DNA from: Octopus sinensis
Lineage: Eukaryota
NCBI RefSeq assembly: GCF_006345805.1
Contig: NC_043011.1
Location: 44,838,464 to 44,902,463 of the forward strand
Direction: 5' to 3'
DNA: 64,000 bases
In this document: positions 61,743-64,000 of the stretch, piece after piece
How positions within the stretch are numbered: position 1 is the first letter of the stretch
Layout: every line of letters begins with the position of its first letter
Program-made: the position numbers and the translations under genes
Notes under the pieces: model-generated
Seen by the model: only the letters and a program-made list of their open reading frames with translations
Database searches by the model: none
What the model was told of the DNA's origin: nothing

Positions 61743-63611
61743 TCGGGGTGAGTACTTGATAATTATAAGCACCTGTGTATACCGTTTGGTGGTGTAGGTG
61801 GTGGAGTAAATTGATCAAAATAAAATAAAAACATGATGCGAAGGATTCAGCGGTACATATGTTTCGGGCCTTTATTAGACAGATTTATAACAATGCATAA
61901 TGTATGTCTGTGGCCTTCTTCAGCCGCGCACCACAGCTTCCACAAGGACATGTGTTACATCAAAAATTCTTGGTTGGGGATGCAAATCCTCTCATTCACG
62001 TACGACATAATGCGGCAGCAGCATAGAGTTGAAGCGTCCATCTCTTTCTTCTCTCAATGTAGAATGAGGAAAATTGGATGTTGAGGTAATGTAAATAAAT
62101 AATACATATATAGAGGTGAAGATGGAGGGGCGAGAGTTCGGGACGAGGGATAAAAAATGTATAAAAAGTGTAAGTATAGAATAATATAAAAATGTAGAGG
62201 ATAAAGGGTTGTAAGTAGATGTAAAGGGGGTATAAAGAAATATAAAGTAAAAATAGAAATAGAAATAAAAGTAAAAAAACCTGATAAAAACATGATAAAA
62301 GTGTAAAAGAATGTAAAGATAAGGGATGTATAGAGGTTATGGACCAAGCATGGTGGTCAGGAGATTGATAAAATTTAGTTGTAGAATTGTCAGTACATCA
62401 ACAGTTTCGTCTGGGGACTTAATGCGTTGTAAATCAGAGCTGATGAGCATTTAATCTGGTTCCTTGAATTAAATGGACTTCTAGTACATACATATCATCA
62501 TGGATATACACCCACATACACGCGTACATATACGCCTCCAAGCCTATAAGCATACACACGCACTCGCGTGTAAACACGTACATAAACACACACGCACCCA
62601 CACGCACGCGCGTACACACACATACATACAACAGAATATCCGCATATATACACGGACATTACGCGCGTACACGCTCACATGTATATACGCGCGCCCATCA
62701 CTCCATACACACACGTATATGCCCACGCCTCTAGGTCCAGGTATAAGATATTAAAGGATGTGTATAAGAACGTATGTAAAGAATCCCGTACTCATGTCAA
62801 TACGCGCACGCACACACGGCTGTGTGTCCGTATGTGCGTGCACATATACACTCATATACACACACAGAGACACACGCGCACATGGGTATAGCTATAAGAT
62901 ATCGAAGTATGCATGTACATATATGCGCGTGCATATGTATGTATGCGTATACACACGTACGCGGACGCTCGTATATTCAAAAGGTGGATCCATAGGTAAG
63001 TAAATAAACATATATAGAGGTGTAAAGCGATAAGTTAGGGGTAAGAATGAGGGTAAGGGTAAAGATTAGAAATAAAAAACACAGTATAAAATAAGAAATA
63101 CAATGTAACCTGAAGCACTGAATTCAATTCCTGACGTGGAGAGAATGGCTTGGACAGAGGTAATTTAAAAGGCGAAGTGGTCTTTAAGCTCTAGCGTTTG
63201 AATGGGTAACACAAGGACTGGCCTCCTTCTCTGCACCGATGACGACGACGACGACCACCACCACCACCACCACCATTATGGCTGACTTATTGGAAGTCCA
63301 CCTGAAGATTGTCGATCAAGACAAGAAACAATTGTAGTGGCGGTTTTTTTGACTATTTATAAAAATTTTATGTATTGATTAAGTCTTTCCTTGTTTGTTT
63401 TGCAAAATAGTGGTTTTGTCTCTAATAATATTTTATAATATTTTACTATAAAATTGGATTTAATCCTAAATCTGATTTTTTCCCTGTAAATTTGGATTTA
63501 TTCCCTAATATTTATTATATATATATATATATAATATATATATTATATATACATGCATACATGCATACATATATACATACATAAATATATATATATGTGT
63601 GTATATATATG

Positions 63612-63655
<44 letters not shown>

Positions 63656-64000
63656 TGCCTGTCTGGCTGCCTGCCTACCTACTTACATACATACACACAT
63701 GCATACATACATACATCGAGAGAAAGCAAGAGAAATAGAGAGGCTGAGAGAGAGGTAGAGATAGAAAGATAAATAGAGGTAGATAGTTAGATAGATAGGC
63801 AGGTAGGTAGGTAGGTAGGTAGGTAGGTAGGTAGGTAGGTGGGTAGAAAACATGCATTATTAATGTGCAGATTCGGATTAATTCAGCTTGAGGCGTCAGT
63901 CGAATGATAATTGATTGTAAATTAGGTAAAAGTATGCGCTATGATTACAATATTAAGCAGATAAATTTATTAATATACGTTAAGTGACATACAATGCCAG

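Overview
This is repeat-dominated eukaryotic DNA, most likely an octopod cephalopod. That is inferred from extreme (TA)n/(CA)n/(TATG)n/(TATC)n density and several tRNA-headed SINE families; no search was run. I found no convincing host protein-coding exon, so the window looks intronic or intergenic, and nearly all track ORFs are microsatellite translations. Real coding remnants are all transposon-derived: a near full-length CR1-group LINE (about 46.9-52.6 kb, minus), an older split copy of it (1-1.75 kb), an L1/Tx1-type RT fragment, an RTE 3' end, two R4/Dong-type RLE 3' ends, a Penelope-like GIY-YIG fragment, and decayed mariner (DD34D-type) and maT (DD37D) transposases. Also present are MITEs, a probable non-autonomous Helitron, a 3.3-kb AnTn higher-order satellite, several foldback hairpins and a 100-N gap. 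Most interesting: (1) a tRNA-headed SINE carrying an intact minimal hammerhead ribozyme, plus a second covarying hammerhead family; (2) a LINE whose ORF1 combines a Myb/SANT-like domain with a CCCH finger and whose putative 5' UTR begins with a YY1 motif and looks intron-containing; (3) a 3' stem-loop shared, with a compensatory change, between that LINE and an abundant SINE. SINE family letters A-D are my own labels. Many boundaries are approximate, read by eye.
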